Source: Abditibacterium sp. (GTDB lineage Bacteria; Armatimonadota; Abditibacteriia; Abditibacteriales; Abditibacteriaceae). Taken from it: a DNA stretch of 64,000 bases. The notes beneath the pieces are model-generated. The model worked only from the letters and a program-made list of their open reading frames with translations, did no database searches and was not told the DNA's origin. Shown piece after piece: positions 28,894-38,341 of the stretch (its first letter is position 1; each line of letters opens with the position of its first letter). Where the stretch lies: assembly GCA_965199495.1 (NCBI GenBank), contig CBDASK010000003.1:384001-448000 (forward strand). The letters are read 5' to 3'. Position numbers and translations under genes: made by a program.

Positions 28894-31635
28894 ATGAGAA
28901 CTCCCCTGCTCGCGCCCGAATTACTCGCCCTCGCCGTGGCTGCCAGCGCGTCGCTTGCGCTCGTCGCAAGACCGGTGCGGGCGCAAGAAAAGACCATCGA
29001 AACTCCAGAGAAATATATTTTGGCGTTGGGCGAAAAAGAAGTCAAACTGCGCCAAATCGCGCTCAAAACGACAGCGCCCGCCGATGAAACGCCCGCGCCC
29101 AAAGGCGTCGCGACCGCGCCGACGGACACCCCGCGCGCCGACGATGGCGCGCCGATCACGCCGCCGCCCGCGCCCATCACGGCGCCGCAAACTCCGGCGC
29201 CCGCCGCGCCGCCGCGCGATTTGCCCATAGAAAACCCGCCGACGCAGCCCAATACGCAAATCGAAAATCCAAACGCGGTCTTGCCCGCCGCGCCTCTGGC
29301 GGGCGTCACGGTTCCGCCCGCCGCCGATACAGCCACGGCGCCCGATGGCGGGCCAATTGGCAGCGCGCAGGGTATTGATGTGCCGCCGCCGATTCCGCCT
29401 GATTTTACCAACATTCCGTCGTCGCCCGACACCGACATCGCGCAGGGACAGGAAAACCCGAACGGTCAATTCGCCATCGAAGCGCCCGGCGGCGTGATTT
29501 ACGACCGCGAGCGCGGCCTCGCCATCGCCAAGGGCGCCGTCAAATTTACTTATCGCGATTTCACCGTGACGGGCGATCAGGGCGTCATAGATTACAACGT
29601 CAATCGCGCGACTTTAGCGGGCAATTTACAGGTCACGGCGCAGGGCCAAACTTTTCAGGGCCAAAGCCTGACTTTCGATCTCGATACCGGGCGCTGGTTG
29701 CTCTCGTCGGTCGCCAAGACCTTCCCGCCCGAACTGTTTCCGCCCGGCACCGTTTTGGAGCCGCTCTACATTCGCGATGGCCGCGTTTTAGGTCAGGGCG
29801 ACACCGGCATCGGCGAGAATTTCAAGTTCACCAGTTGCGACCGCGACCACTATTATCTCAAGTCGAATCGCATCGAATTTTATCGCGATCCCAACGGCCA
29901 GCCGAAGCGCTTGGTATTGCGCAAAAACGCGCTCTATGTATTGGGTCACAAGGTATTGCCTTTGCCGGTTTATGTTATTGCCCTCGTTGCGGGCGCGGGT
30001 TCGCGGCGCTCGCCGGTCAATGCGACCGTGGGGCAAAACAATGTGGACGGATTTTTCGTGCGCTCGTTTTACGACATCAGCGCGACCAACAATTACACCA
30101 ACTCGGTTTTGGTGGACGCGCTGCAAAAACGCGGTCTGGGTTTGGGTTTGCAGCAGCTCGACGCGGCGGGCGGCGTGCTTTATGCCTACGCGCTTTCGAG
30201 CAAAACCGGGGGCCGCGAAACCAACTTTCGCGTGTTGAAAAACAAGAAGCTCTCGGATATTATCAGCATCAACACGCGCCTCGAATCCACCTCGAACAAC
30301 TCGTTGACTGGCCCCGGCGTGGCCGCTCAAAACGGCGATTTTACCGTCGCGCGCAACGGCGCCAAAGCTCAGACCAACGCGATTTTGCGATTCAACAGTT
30401 CGGATTATAGCGGCGGCAGCAACAACTCCGGCTCATTCTCGCTCGATCATCATCAGGATTTCGGGCGCGGTTTTCGCTTGACGGCGAGCGGCCAGTTGAA
30501 CCAATCGAAAAGTGCGTTCGCTTCAACGGGAGCGGCGCCCACAACCAACGATGCCGCAACGGGCGATTTGAACGTGGAACTGGCGAAAACCACCAAAAAC
30601 TTCGACCTATTTTTGCGCACCGAATTGCATCCCGATTTGGTCAACAACCGCATCAACCAGTTGGAACGTTTGCCCGAACTGACGTTTCAAACCGATTCCA
30701 AACGTTTGCCATTGCCGGTCGTATCGAAATATTTGCCGGGCAATTTCACACTCGGCCTGGGTCAATTCAACGAGCCACGCGCCGTCACTGGCGCCGATGG
30801 CCAAACGGATTTCGCCGGATTAAAAAAAGATCGGGCCGACCTTTTTTATAATTTTAGCGACCGCAGCGCTCGATTGTTGGGTAATGGCCGTTCGACATCG
30901 GTTTTTCGCGCGGGTGGGAACTTTGAACAAGCGTTTTATTCGGATAATTTCTCGCGTTATAACTATGGATATAACTTCAATTTATTGAATACTCTGGGTA
31001 ACTTACAATTACAGGCCAACTATTTTAACACGCGCACTTTTGGCGCGACACCTTTTCAATTCGATTTTTTTACGCCATCAGAAAACGTGGATTATACCGT
31101 CAGTTATAATCTCGGCCAAAAGTTGCGGTTGAATGCAAGCGGTGGCAGCGATTTATATAATCATTATCAGCGCGACTTGATCTTCAACGCGCAGTTCGCA
31201 CCGTCGCCCAATTTTTATGGAAGTCTGGGCACCTCTTACGCCCTCGAAAACTCGAATTTTGGCGAGATTTACGGCAACTTTAATCTGGCGCGCAATCGCC
31301 GCAAGTTTGGCGGCGGCACGCTGGCGTTTGGTTTTCGCTACAATCCCAACGGCCAGGGTTTGACGCGCGCCAACGTTTCGGCGGACGTGAATCTGGGCGC
31401 CAAAACGCGCGTGCAGGGTTTGACGACTTACAACGGTTTCAGCAGCAAATTCGAGTTCTCCCAGATTCGCGTGATTCAGGATTTGCACTGCTTCAATCTC
31501 TACGTCAATTACGACGATCAGCGCAAGCAAGTCCGCTTCGATCTGGCGCTCAAAGCCTTCCCGTTCGCCGACACGCGCTTTGGCCGCAACGTCTTTTCCG
31601 AAGGCTTCGATTCGTCAGTCGGCACGGCGCGGTAG
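28894..31635 (+). CDS. LptD-like outer-membrane LPS assembly protein
   Basis: Signal peptide, Pro-rich linker, OstA-like jellyroll, FTSCD..HY, ERLPEL, aromatic beta-barrel, DLHC; follows lptF/G. Confidence 0.75.
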   Translation: MRTPLLAPELLALAVAASASLALVARPVRAQEKTIETPEKYILALGEKEVKLRQIALKTTAPADETPAPKGVATAPTDTPRADDGAPITPPPAPITAPQTPAPAAPPRDLPIENPPTQPNTQIENPNAVLPAAPLAGVTVPPAADTATAPDGGPIGSAQGIDVPPPIPPDFTNIPSSPDTDIAQGQENPNGQFAIEAPGGVIYDRERGLAIAKGAVKFTYRDFTVTGDQGVIDYNVNRATLAGNLQVTAQGQTFQGQSLTFDLDTGRWLLSSVAKTFPPELFPPGTVLEPLYIRDGRVLGQGDTGIGENFKFTSCDRDHYYLKSNRIEFYRDPNGQPKRLVLRKNALYVLGHKVLPLPVYVIALVAGAGSRRSPVNATVGQNNVDGFFVRSFYDISATNNYTNSVLVDALQKRGLGLGLQQLDAAGGVLYAYALSSKTGGRETNFRVLKNKKLSDIISINTRLESTSNNSLTGPGVAAQNGDFTVARNGAKAQTNAILRFNSSDYSGGSNNSGSFSLDHHQDFGRGFRLTASGQLNQSKSAFASTGAAPTTNDAATGDLNVELAKTTKNFDLFLRTELHPDLVNNRINQLERLPELTFQTDSKRLPLPVVSKYLPGNFTLGLGQFNEPRAVTGADGQTDFAGLKKDRADLFYNFSDRSARLLGNGRSTSVFRAGGNFEQAFYSDNFSRYNYGYNFNLLNTLGNLQLQANYFNTRTFGATPFQFDFFTPSENVDYTVSYNLGQKLRLNASGGSDLYNHYQRDLIFNAQFAPSPNFYGSLGTSYALENSNFGEIYGNFNLARNRRKFGGGTLAFGFRYNPNGQGLTRANVSADVNLGAKTRVQGLTTYNGFSSKFEFSQIRVIQDLHCFNLYVNYDDQRKQVRFDLALKAFPFADTRFGRNVFSEGFDSSVGTAR

Positions 31636-31759
31636 AATGGGAACAGAACGATGAATTTCGTCGCCTGCATCGCAACCGCTTGGCGCCGTGGCTGCATTGC
31701 GCGCAGTTGTCGCGCCTATGTGACACGCAAAATATTTTCCGAAAATTTGCCCGAACATC

Positions 31760-31788
31760 TTGCACCAAGCGCGATAACTTGTTAGAAT
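31760..31788 (+). promoter_or_regulatory. Sigma70-type promoter of tRNA-Asn
   Basis: TTGCAC-N17-TAGAAT with extended TGn, ~35 nt upstream of the tRNA. Confidence 0.6.
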
Positions 31789-31822
31789 CTAATTCCGTTG
31801 TTTGCACAAGCAAATACGAATT

Positions 31823-31894
31823 TGGCCCGTAGCTCAGTGGTAGAGCGGTCGGCTGTTAACCGATTTGTCGCTGGTTCGAGTCCGGCCGGGCCAG
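31823..31894 (+). tRNA. tRNA-Asn (GTT), CCA not encoded
   Basis: Acceptor TGGCCCG/CGGGCCA, D-arm GCTC..GAGC, anticodon arm GTCGG-CTGTTAA-CCGAT, T-arm GCTGG-TTCGAGT-CCGGC. Confidence 0.96.
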
Positions 31895-33546
31895 GTGGAA
31901 CGTATGTTAGTTTCGAACCAGTCTTTGTCCTTGGATAAAGACTGGTTTTTTGTTTTTCCGAGCGCGTATAGCTCGATATAGTGAGCTTCACCGTCTGGGT
32001 GCCACTCAACACGATGCACCAACGTTCGTATCAATTGCTGCATCTCTTGTGGCTCTGCGGCACCAAGTAACGTGTCAAATTGAGAGAGCGTGTCACGCAG
32101 TTCCTGTGCGTCAAAGCCATTGTGAAGAGGAATTAAGGCTTGCTCAAGTCCGCGCTGCTCGATCTTAAGTTGCTCTTGCTCACGCTGTAATTCAGTCGCT
32201 TTGCTGTTAAGCATAGCCAGCAGAGAACCCGCGACTTCGCCAGAGGTGATGCTTTCGATTAGACGATCCACCTTAATCTGATTCTCTCTTATGGCGTGAC
32301 GATTGAGTTCTAAAGCCTGCTGCTGCGGTTCCAAATCCGCCGAACACTTGGTGCGCGCCAACTCGACGGCTCGCTCAATCAATCCTTCAACTTTCACCAA
32401 GCTTTTCAGTTGTTCTTTAATCCATGATTCGGAGATTCTGGCTAAAACTCGGTTGCTGTGCCCCGCTCCTTTACGGCCATGCTTTTGGTGCTGGGCACAG
32501 ATGTAGTAGTGAACGTAACTTGGATTAACCCGCTTCTCTTTGAGATTGGGCTTGTGAAAAACATAGTAAGGCGTCATTGAATGGCCACATTCCGAACAAA
32601 AGAAACGGCCTTGCAACGGATATACACGGTCACATTGATTTTGGCTGTAAGAACGTGGTCTGCCGATTCTGTTCGGAGAAGCGAATGCCTTCTCTTTGCG
32701 AACAGACTGAGCCAGCTCAAACAGCCCGACAGCGATGAGCGGCTCGTGAGGTGCCTTCACGATACGATAAGAGATGTCGCCGTGCAAACCTTCGACATCT
32801 TTGTTCCTTTTGTTGATTTCAATTTCGCCGATGTAGCGGCGATTCATCAGCAAGTCGCGGATGGTGCCGACTGCCCAAACTTGGGCGCCACCAGGAGCCA
32901 GAATCTGGTGAGCTTTAAGCCAATCACGCACGGCAAAGTCGGAGGCATTCTCTGCGTAAACTTGGAATATCTGAGTGAGTAAATCCAGCTTTTCGGGATC
33001 GGGGCTAAGGACATGATCCGCCCCGCGCACAAAGCCAAACGGCACCTGTCCGCCGTTCCACATCCCCTTTTCGGCGCGCATCCGCATTTTGATGCTGACC
33101 TTCTCACCGGTTTGCTCGCGCTCGTAAGCTTTGGCGCCGACCAGCATCATTTCCATGAACCGACCAGACGCCGTGTTACGGTCGGCGGGATCGTGCAAGG
33201 TGATGAATTCGACGTTGTGCGTGCGAAATTCTTTGTCCAGAATATAGAACTCGCGGCTACGAGTCAGGCGGTCATACCAGGTGCAGAGCACGCCATCTAC
33301 TTGATCGCTCTCGACAAGGTAGCGGATATGCGACAGACCAGGACGCTTGAGCGAGCCAGCACTATGTCCCTCATCCTTGATGATCTCGGTGACTTCCCAA
33401 TCTTTCAAGCGGCAGTGCGCTTCCAATTCTTCAACCTGCGATTCGCAGCTTGGGTAATCTTTCTTTGTCTGCTCCTGCGTGCTGACGCGGGCGTAAAGCA
33501 CCATACGCTTGGCGTTCACGGGAGTATTAGTCTTGGGATTTTTCAT
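31834..33546 (-). CDS. Large serine recombinase (integrase)
   Basis: YARVST catalytic Ser, DRLTR, GGQVPFGF, YIG, Zn ribbon CSECG..YYIC, coiled coil; 3' end runs into the tRNA antisense. Confidence 0.93.
   Translation of the reverse strand: MKNPKTNTPVNAKRMVLYARVSTQEQTKKDYPSCESQVEELEAHCRLKDWEVTEIIKDEGHSAGSLKRPGLSHIRYLVESDQVDGVLCTWYDRLTRSREFYILDKEFRTHNVEFITLHDPADRNTASGRFMEMMLVGAKAYEREQTGEKVSIKMRMRAEKGMWNGGQVPFGFVRGADHVLSPDPEKLDLLTQIFQVYAENASDFAVRDWLKAHQILAPGGAQVWAVGTIRDLLMNRRYIGEIEINKRNKDVEGLHGDISYRIVKAPHEPLIAVGLFELAQSVRKEKAFASPNRIGRPRSYSQNQCDRVYPLQGRFFCSECGHSMTPYYVFHKPNLKEKRVNPSYVHYYICAQHQKHGRKGAGHSNRVLARISESWIKEQLKSLVKVEGLIERAVELARTKCSADLEPQQQALELNRHAIRENQIKVDRLIESITSGEVAGSLLAMLNSKATELQREQEQLKIEQRGLEQALIPLHNGFDAQELRDTLSQFDTLLGAAEPQEMQQLIRTLVHRVEWHPDGEAHYIELYALGKTKNQSLSKDKDWFETNIRSTWPGRTRTSDKSVNSRPLYH
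31916..31951 (+). terminator. Terminator-like hairpin after tRNA-Asn, inside the integrase CDS
   Basis: aaccagtctttgtcc-tt-ggataaagactggtt followed by a T run. Confidence 0.65.
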
Positions 33547-33682
33547 GGCTTTGTTTTACGACTCGAAGGGCAATACCCGCCAGAATATCGGCGACAACTT
33601 CCAATCGCTGCTCTGGCGAAAGAAACTCGACTTCGCTTAGGTTTTGCTTCTCCTGTTCCTGTATTTGAGACATGGTTTCCAT
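33527..33682 (-). CDS. Small helical protein (51 aa) upstream of the integrase; not in ORF track
   Basis: Hand translation METMSQIQEQEKQNLSEVEFLSPEQRLEVVADILAGIALRVVKQSHEKSQD; overlaps the integrase start. Confidence 0.55.
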   Translation of the reverse strand: METMSQIQEQEKQNLSEVEFLSPEQRLEVVADILAGIALRVVKQSHEKSQD

Positions 33683-33776
33683 TTACGGATTTCCACTTCA
33701 AATTACGCTTAAAGTTAATTACTGTCAACTGTTTAGTATAAAACAAGGCGAACAAAGTCGCCATTCAAAAACTTGC

Positions 33777-34316
33777 CTACTTTTTCTTTTTCCTGGGTTC
33801 GGCTTCGAGACCGGCAATCTTCAACAATAGACGGCCAAGGTAATAAAACCCGCGCTCCACCACTTTGAAAAAGAGCTTGATCGCGTGCATCACGATGTTC
33901 GACATCGCGGCTCGAAACTGCTTGCCCGCTTCTCCTGGCATGAACGCCGAAAGAAAGTAGAAGACGAACAGAATGATTATGACATGGGCAAACTTCTCGA
34001 CCAACCAGACGGCGGGACTTTTGAAGCCAGTTAAACCTTGGAAACTCAGGTTTGGAACCTGAGCGACGTTTAGCAGCAACCATCGTCCGCCGAAGAATAG
34101 TCCGGCCACGATGGCGAGACGACTGACCCAGCCCAGAGGAATGGAACTGGCGCCTTCTTCCAGGCTGTTGGTGCCACAAAAGTTACAAAAGAGCGCGTCG
34201 AACGGGTTGAGATGACGCGTGCGGCCCCGACAGAGCCGACCGCCAAACGATCTACCACAGTGAGTGCAAAGAGGGCCGCCACCAGAAAAGTTGCGGCAAC
34301 GCAGACAAAATCGCAT
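33777..34316 (-). CDS. Double zinc-ribbon + TM membrane protein
   Basis: CLRC, CTHC, C...H, CNFC then two TM helices and a basic tail. Confidence 0.65.
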   Translation of the reverse strand: MRFCLRCRNFSGGGPLCTHCGRSFGGRLCRGRTRHLNPFDALFCNFCGTNSLEEGASSIPLGWVSRLAIVAGLFFGGRWLLLNVAQVPNLSFQGLTGFKSPAVWLVEKFAHVIIILFVFYFLSAFMPGEAGKQFRAAMSNIVMHAIKLFFKVVERGFYYLGRLLLKIAGLEAEPRKKKK

Positions 34317-34382
34317 CCTTACTCCTTGGGGGTAAAATTCCCGGTGCTATTTTACACTGATGCACGGTATCTCGAAAACCTC

Positions 34383-35876
34383 ATGCTCACACGACTCATC
34401 GACTATTTTCTTATTGGCGCTCTGAACCGAACCGTTGGACGCCACGACAATCCCAGTCCGCCGGAACTCCCTGCGGCTTCCGCACCCGCCGATCACGCCG
34501 CCATCGGACATCTTATCGGCGAGGAAAGTCGAGTCACGGCCCAAGAAATCGCGCTTTCGCCCCAAGCGCGGATGCGTCATCTTTATCTGCTGGGCGCGAC
34601 GGGCACCGGCAAAACTAACCTGCTGCTTCGCTTGATTGAATCGGACATCGCTAACTCGCGCGCCTTTTGCGTTATTGACCTGCGCGGCGATTTGGTTGAC
34701 CGCATCCTGCTCCGGTTGGCGGCTCACGGGCCTCCCGAAGCGTGGAGCGAGCGGTTGCTATTGATGGACTTGCGCGAAGCCGATCATGTCGTTGGCTTCA
34801 ATCCCCTGCTGGGCGAAACCGACGTTTATAGTCGCGCCCTGCATCTGCTTTCCGTTCTCAAATACCAGTCGGATTCTTGGGGCGTGCAGCTTGAGGAAAC
34901 ACTTCGTAACTCGTTGTTGGCTCTGGCAGAAACTGGCGGTTCACTGTTGGAAATTGAGCCGCTACTGACAAACGCTTCGTTTCGAGCGGCGACGATGGCC
35001 CGCGTGAGCGATTCGCGGGTGCGCTCTTTCTTCGAGCGGTTCGAGGCACTTTCGTCCGCCAACCAGATGACTTGGACTCTGGCCGTTCTGAACAAGATCA
35101 CGCCGCTTTTGTCGGTGCCTTCGATGCGGCTGACTTTTGGGCAACAACAATCGTTTTCGTTCCGGCAATTGATGGATAATCAGCCTGGAATGATCGTGCT
35201 AATTTCATTGGCCGTTGATCGCTTGCACGATGCGGCGAGACTGGCTGGTGGACTGTTAGTGTCCGGATTTCAGAGTGCGATTATGTCGCGCGCCGATGTG
35301 CCTGAGCAGCAGCGTGTTCCGGCTCACCTTTATGTGGATGAGTTCGAGTGCATGGCCAGCGACCGTTTTGAATCCATCGTCGCCGAAGGTCGGCGCTTTG
35401 GTTTGGGGCTGACGCTTTCGCACCAGAACATCAGCCAGCTTTCGACGGGCCTTCGCAACGTGCTTCGCAACAATGTTCATACTCAGACTTACTTTCAAAC
35501 CGGCGCTTTGGATGCCGCTGAATTGGTCAAAGAAATCGGCTGCGAGATCAACGACGAAGTGCGTTCGACGCTGATTTCGCAGGGCGTGGGACAAGCATAT
35601 TTGGTGAGGCGTGGTCAACCGAGCGTTCGCGTGCAAGTGGCTCACTGCCCCGACCCGCGCGTGAGCGCTGCCAAAGTTGCGGCGGTAAAGGCGGCTTCTC
35701 TGGCGACTTACGCCCGTCCGCGCAGCGAAGTCGAAGCCGAAATCGCCGAACGCGAGCGCAGTTACTCCGCGCCAACGGTCTCGACACCGGCGGCGCCGGT
35801 TTACGAGATTCGCCATTCCCAAACCGCCAACTTTAAACCCAAAAAGAGAAAAGCGCCGGAGAGTGATGAAGATTGA
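34383..35876 (+). CDS. Type IV coupling protein-like ATPase (TraD/VirD4/HerA-like)
   Basis: RHLYLLGATGTGKT, VIDLRGD, GFNPL, LYVDEF, EGRRFGLGLTLSHQ. Confidence 0.88.
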   Translation: MLTRLIDYFLIGALNRTVGRHDNPSPPELPAASAPADHAAIGHLIGEESRVTAQEIALSPQARMRHLYLLGATGTGKTNLLLRLIESDIANSRAFCVIDLRGDLVDRILLRLAAHGPPEAWSERLLLMDLREADHVVGFNPLLGETDVYSRALHLLSVLKYQSDSWGVQLEETLRNSLLALAETGGSLLEIEPLLTNASFRAATMARVSDSRVRSFFERFEALSSANQMTWTLAVLNKITPLLSVPSMRLTFGQQQSFSFRQLMDNQPGMIVLISLAVDRLHDAARLAGGLLVSGFQSAIMSRADVPEQQRVPAHLYVDEFECMASDRFESIVAEGRRFGLGLTLSHQNISQLSTGLRNVLRNNVHTQTYFQTGALDAAELVKEIGCEINDEVRSTLISQGVGQAYLVRRGQPSVRVQVAHCPDPRVSAAKVAAVKAASLATYARPRSEVEAEIAERERSYSAPTVSTPAAPVYEIRHSQTANFKPKKRKAPESDED

Positions 35877-36751
35877 AACCTGCTGCCAAAAGCCGATCAC
35901 TTGAGGAAAAATCCGAGCCGCGCAGCCGATTTCAGCCGCAGAAAAGCGTTGGGATGCGTCTGGAAGAGCGCGATGAACAAATTTTGAGCAACCTATTTTT
36001 GCATCGTTTGATGGCGCGCGGGCAAATTGAACGGGTTTATTTTTCCTCGACCGTGCGCTGCAACGCGCGCTTGCGTCTGCTCTTCGATCACAAGTTCGTC
36101 TTACGCCACTTTCCGCCTGCCGCGCCGTTTGGAGCGCAAGCAATTTACAGCGTTGGCAAAGCGGCATTGCCGATTGTTTCTCGCCGCCTCGAAATGGATT
36201 TGCCCGAAGTCACCCGCTTTTATCGGCGCACCCAAACTCCGACGTTCATCGAACACACTCTGTCGGTAGTGGATATTTGGATCAAGATTCGAGAAGCGGT
36301 CGCAGACACAGAAAACTTGGCTCTCGATTTATGGTTGGCCGAAATGCAATGCCGCCATGAATGGGACATCCGAGCCGGTAGCGGCAAATGGCATAAGGAA
36401 AGTTTCAAACCAGACGCTTTCTTCCGTTTGGCGCACGGAGATACGTTTCACAATTTCTTTGTCGAAAGCGATCTGGGGCACACATCGGCAAAACAGTTCA
36501 CCGGCAAACTGCTCACGCATCAGCGTTACTTTGAGAGTGGTCTATTCCAGCAACGCTACGGAGAGGATGGCTTTCACACTCTGGTCGTGACGACGGGCGA
36601 ACGGCGGCTCAAAAATCTAAAAGAGTTGGCTGCCACTCAGAACAGCCAACTCTTTTGGTTCACCACTTTCGCTCGGCTCGAAAACGCGACCATTCTGAAT
36701 TCAATTTGGGAAAAGCCAAATCTAAACTCGGATGCTCTCTTAAGAATTTGA
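35873..36751 (+). CDS. Replication-relaxation family relaxase (Replic_Relax)
   Basis: RDEQIL..L..HR, FIEHTL, FKPDAFF, FFVESDLGH, LVVTT..RR; coupled to the T4CP gene. Confidence 0.85.
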   Translation: MKPAAKSRSLEEKSEPRSRFQPQKSVGMRLEERDEQILSNLFLHRLMARGQIERVYFSSTVRCNARLRLLFDHKFVLRHFPPAAPFGAQAIYSVGKAALPIVSRRLEMDLPEVTRFYRRTQTPTFIEHTLSVVDIWIKIREAVADTENLALDLWLAEMQCRHEWDIRAGSGKWHKESFKPDAFFRLAHGDTFHNFFVESDLGHTSAKQFTGKLLTHQRYFESGLFQQRYGEDGFHTLVVTTGERRLKNLKELAATQNSQLFWFTTFARLENATILNSIWEKPNLNSDALLRI

Positions 36752-37543
36752 TTCGCCAGATACGACGTTTCTGGCCTGCTCCATACCCGCTTGTCGCTCG
36801 GCGTCGATCAGAATTTTCTTCACCTCTTCCAAGGTCTGCTCCGCATTGGTAAAGATTGCGTTATATTCGTGGAGCGGTTGAAAGGCGAGCAGCTTTTCGG
36901 TGATTTGTGCTTGCTGCTCCGCGTTCAGAACCGATTCGCCTTCTGCATTTGATTCTTGCATTCTCATCATTCTATCGGTGACTTGCTGCACCTGCGTCGT
37001 CAATAAATTTAAGTCGTGAGAAATCTGCATCATCTGCTTTTCTACGGCGCGTGGCTGCTCGCGGTATTTGCGAGCGGCATCTTGCCAAGTCTCGGTGTAA
37101 GCATCAACCTGGATGCGTTTGCCCGCGATTTCTATCACCGGAGCGGCGTTGTTGGTTTCCCGTGACTCCGCATTTTCCTGAGCTTCTTCTCTTTCGATTT
37201 TGGCTTCTACCAAATCGAAAATTTCTTGATCCGTCATCGTATCAATCATATGCTCGATCTGAGCATTCTTATTTCTCGCGTTCTCAGATGCTTCTTCAGT
37301 TTTCAACTCTTGCATCGCCGATCCGAACACCTCTTGGTCGCTCATAGTGGCGGCCATACGATCGATCTCAGTTTTTCTCCTGTTTTCTGCCTCTTTAGCA
37401 TCTGATTCAGCCAATTCACGGTTCGCCTCCCCAAATACTTCTTCATCGCTCATGGTAGCAGCCATGTGATCAATTTCAGCTTTTCTTCTGGATTCTTCCC
37501 CTTGAGACGCCGCAGATTGAGAGTTAGGATTCTCGAAACTCAT
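36740..37543 (-). CDS. Acidic helical hypothetical protein with three ~36-aa repeats
   Basis: RRKAEIDHMAATMSDEEVFG / RRKTEIDRMAATMSDQEVFG / NKNAQIEHMIDTMTDQEIFD. Confidence 0.65.
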   Translation of the reverse strand: MSFENPNSQSAASQGEESRRKAEIDHMAATMSDEEVFGEANRELAESDAKEAENRRKTEIDRMAATMSDQEVFGSAMQELKTEEASENARNKNAQIEHMIDTMTDQEIFDLVEAKIEREEAQENAESRETNNAAPVIEIAGKRIQVDAYTETWQDAARKYREQPRAVEKQMMQISHDLNLLTTQVQQVTDRMMRMQESNAEGESVLNAEQQAQITEKLLAFQPLHEYNAIFTNAEQTLEEVKKILIDAERQAGMEQARNVVSGESNS

Positions 37544-37621
37544 ATTAATTTGTTTAGTGCTTTGCGTTCACGCTACGCTTTCTGATAAATTGTGTCAACG
37601 AAGCTGGCGCGCGGAATTCTT

Positions 37622-38263
37622 ATGCTCACCATCCCCTTGCGAATTCATCATTGGCTCCCAAAAGTGCGCGACACTCTGGGGCCAGGAACGCGCGCCATCG
37701 TTTGGGTTCAGGGCTGCACGTTGGCCTGCAAAGGTTGCATGGTGCCCGAAACATGGTCTGCGGAAAACTCGACTGCCATCGAGCCGCAAGACTTGGCGCG
37801 TCAAATCTTGGAAATGCCCAACATTGAGGGTGTGACCGTAAGCGGCGGGGAACCGACTCAGCAAGCCATTGCGGTCGCCGAACTTCTTTCTATTCTCAAG
37901 TCCAAAGGCTTAAATACCTGGCTTTATAGCGGCTACACCATCGAAGAATTAGTCGAGCGCAACGATGCGGAAACCGACCAACTTTTGAGCTGCGTGGATG
38001 TTCTGGTAGATGGCCGCTTCCAACAAGAACACGCTGGAATTTATCGCTGGCGTGGTTCGGCCAATCAACGAATTATCCACTTGACGGACGTAATTCCGCA
38101 AGCCCTGACGGAAGGCGAAGAGTCGGGCGGCGTCGAGATTACCGTTGATGCCCAAGGCGAACTCATTGTCGTGGGCGTGCCTCCGCCCCATTTTTTAGAA
38201 CAGTTTCGGGCGCGTCTAAAAGAGCGCGGGGTGACTCTGAAAAGCGATGCGGTTTGGAAATAA
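37622..38263 (+). CDS. Radical SAM protein, NrdG/glycyl-radical-activase-like
   Basis: GPGTRAIVWVQGCTLACKGC (CxxxCxxC), VTVSGGEP, YSGYT, DVLVDGRF, WRGSANQR. Confidence 0.9.
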   Translation: MLTIPLRIHHWLPKVRDTLGPGTRAIVWVQGCTLACKGCMVPETWSAENSTAIEPQDLARQILEMPNIEGVTVSGGEPTQQAIAVAELLSILKSKGLNTWLYSGYTIEELVERNDAETDQLLSCVDVLVDGRFQQEHAGIYRWRGSANQRIIHLTDVIPQALTEGEESGGVEITVDAQGELIVVGVPPPHFLEQFRARLKERGVTLKSDAVWK

Positions 38264-38341
38264 AATTTCTCAAGAAGTGGGTTGCAGAAGCTGGTTGAAT
38301 GAATTACAGTTTGTCCGTTGCTTTAAGTTTTCGGAGTTATT

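Noticed and set aside
33543..33764. 73-aa ORF from the track upstream of the integrase
   Set aside because: Composition looks non-coding; the alternative-frame 51-aa ORF is more protein-like
37622..38263. Anaerobic ribonucleotide reductase locus (nrdDG)
   Set aside because: No nrdD nearby, so no gene symbol was assigned
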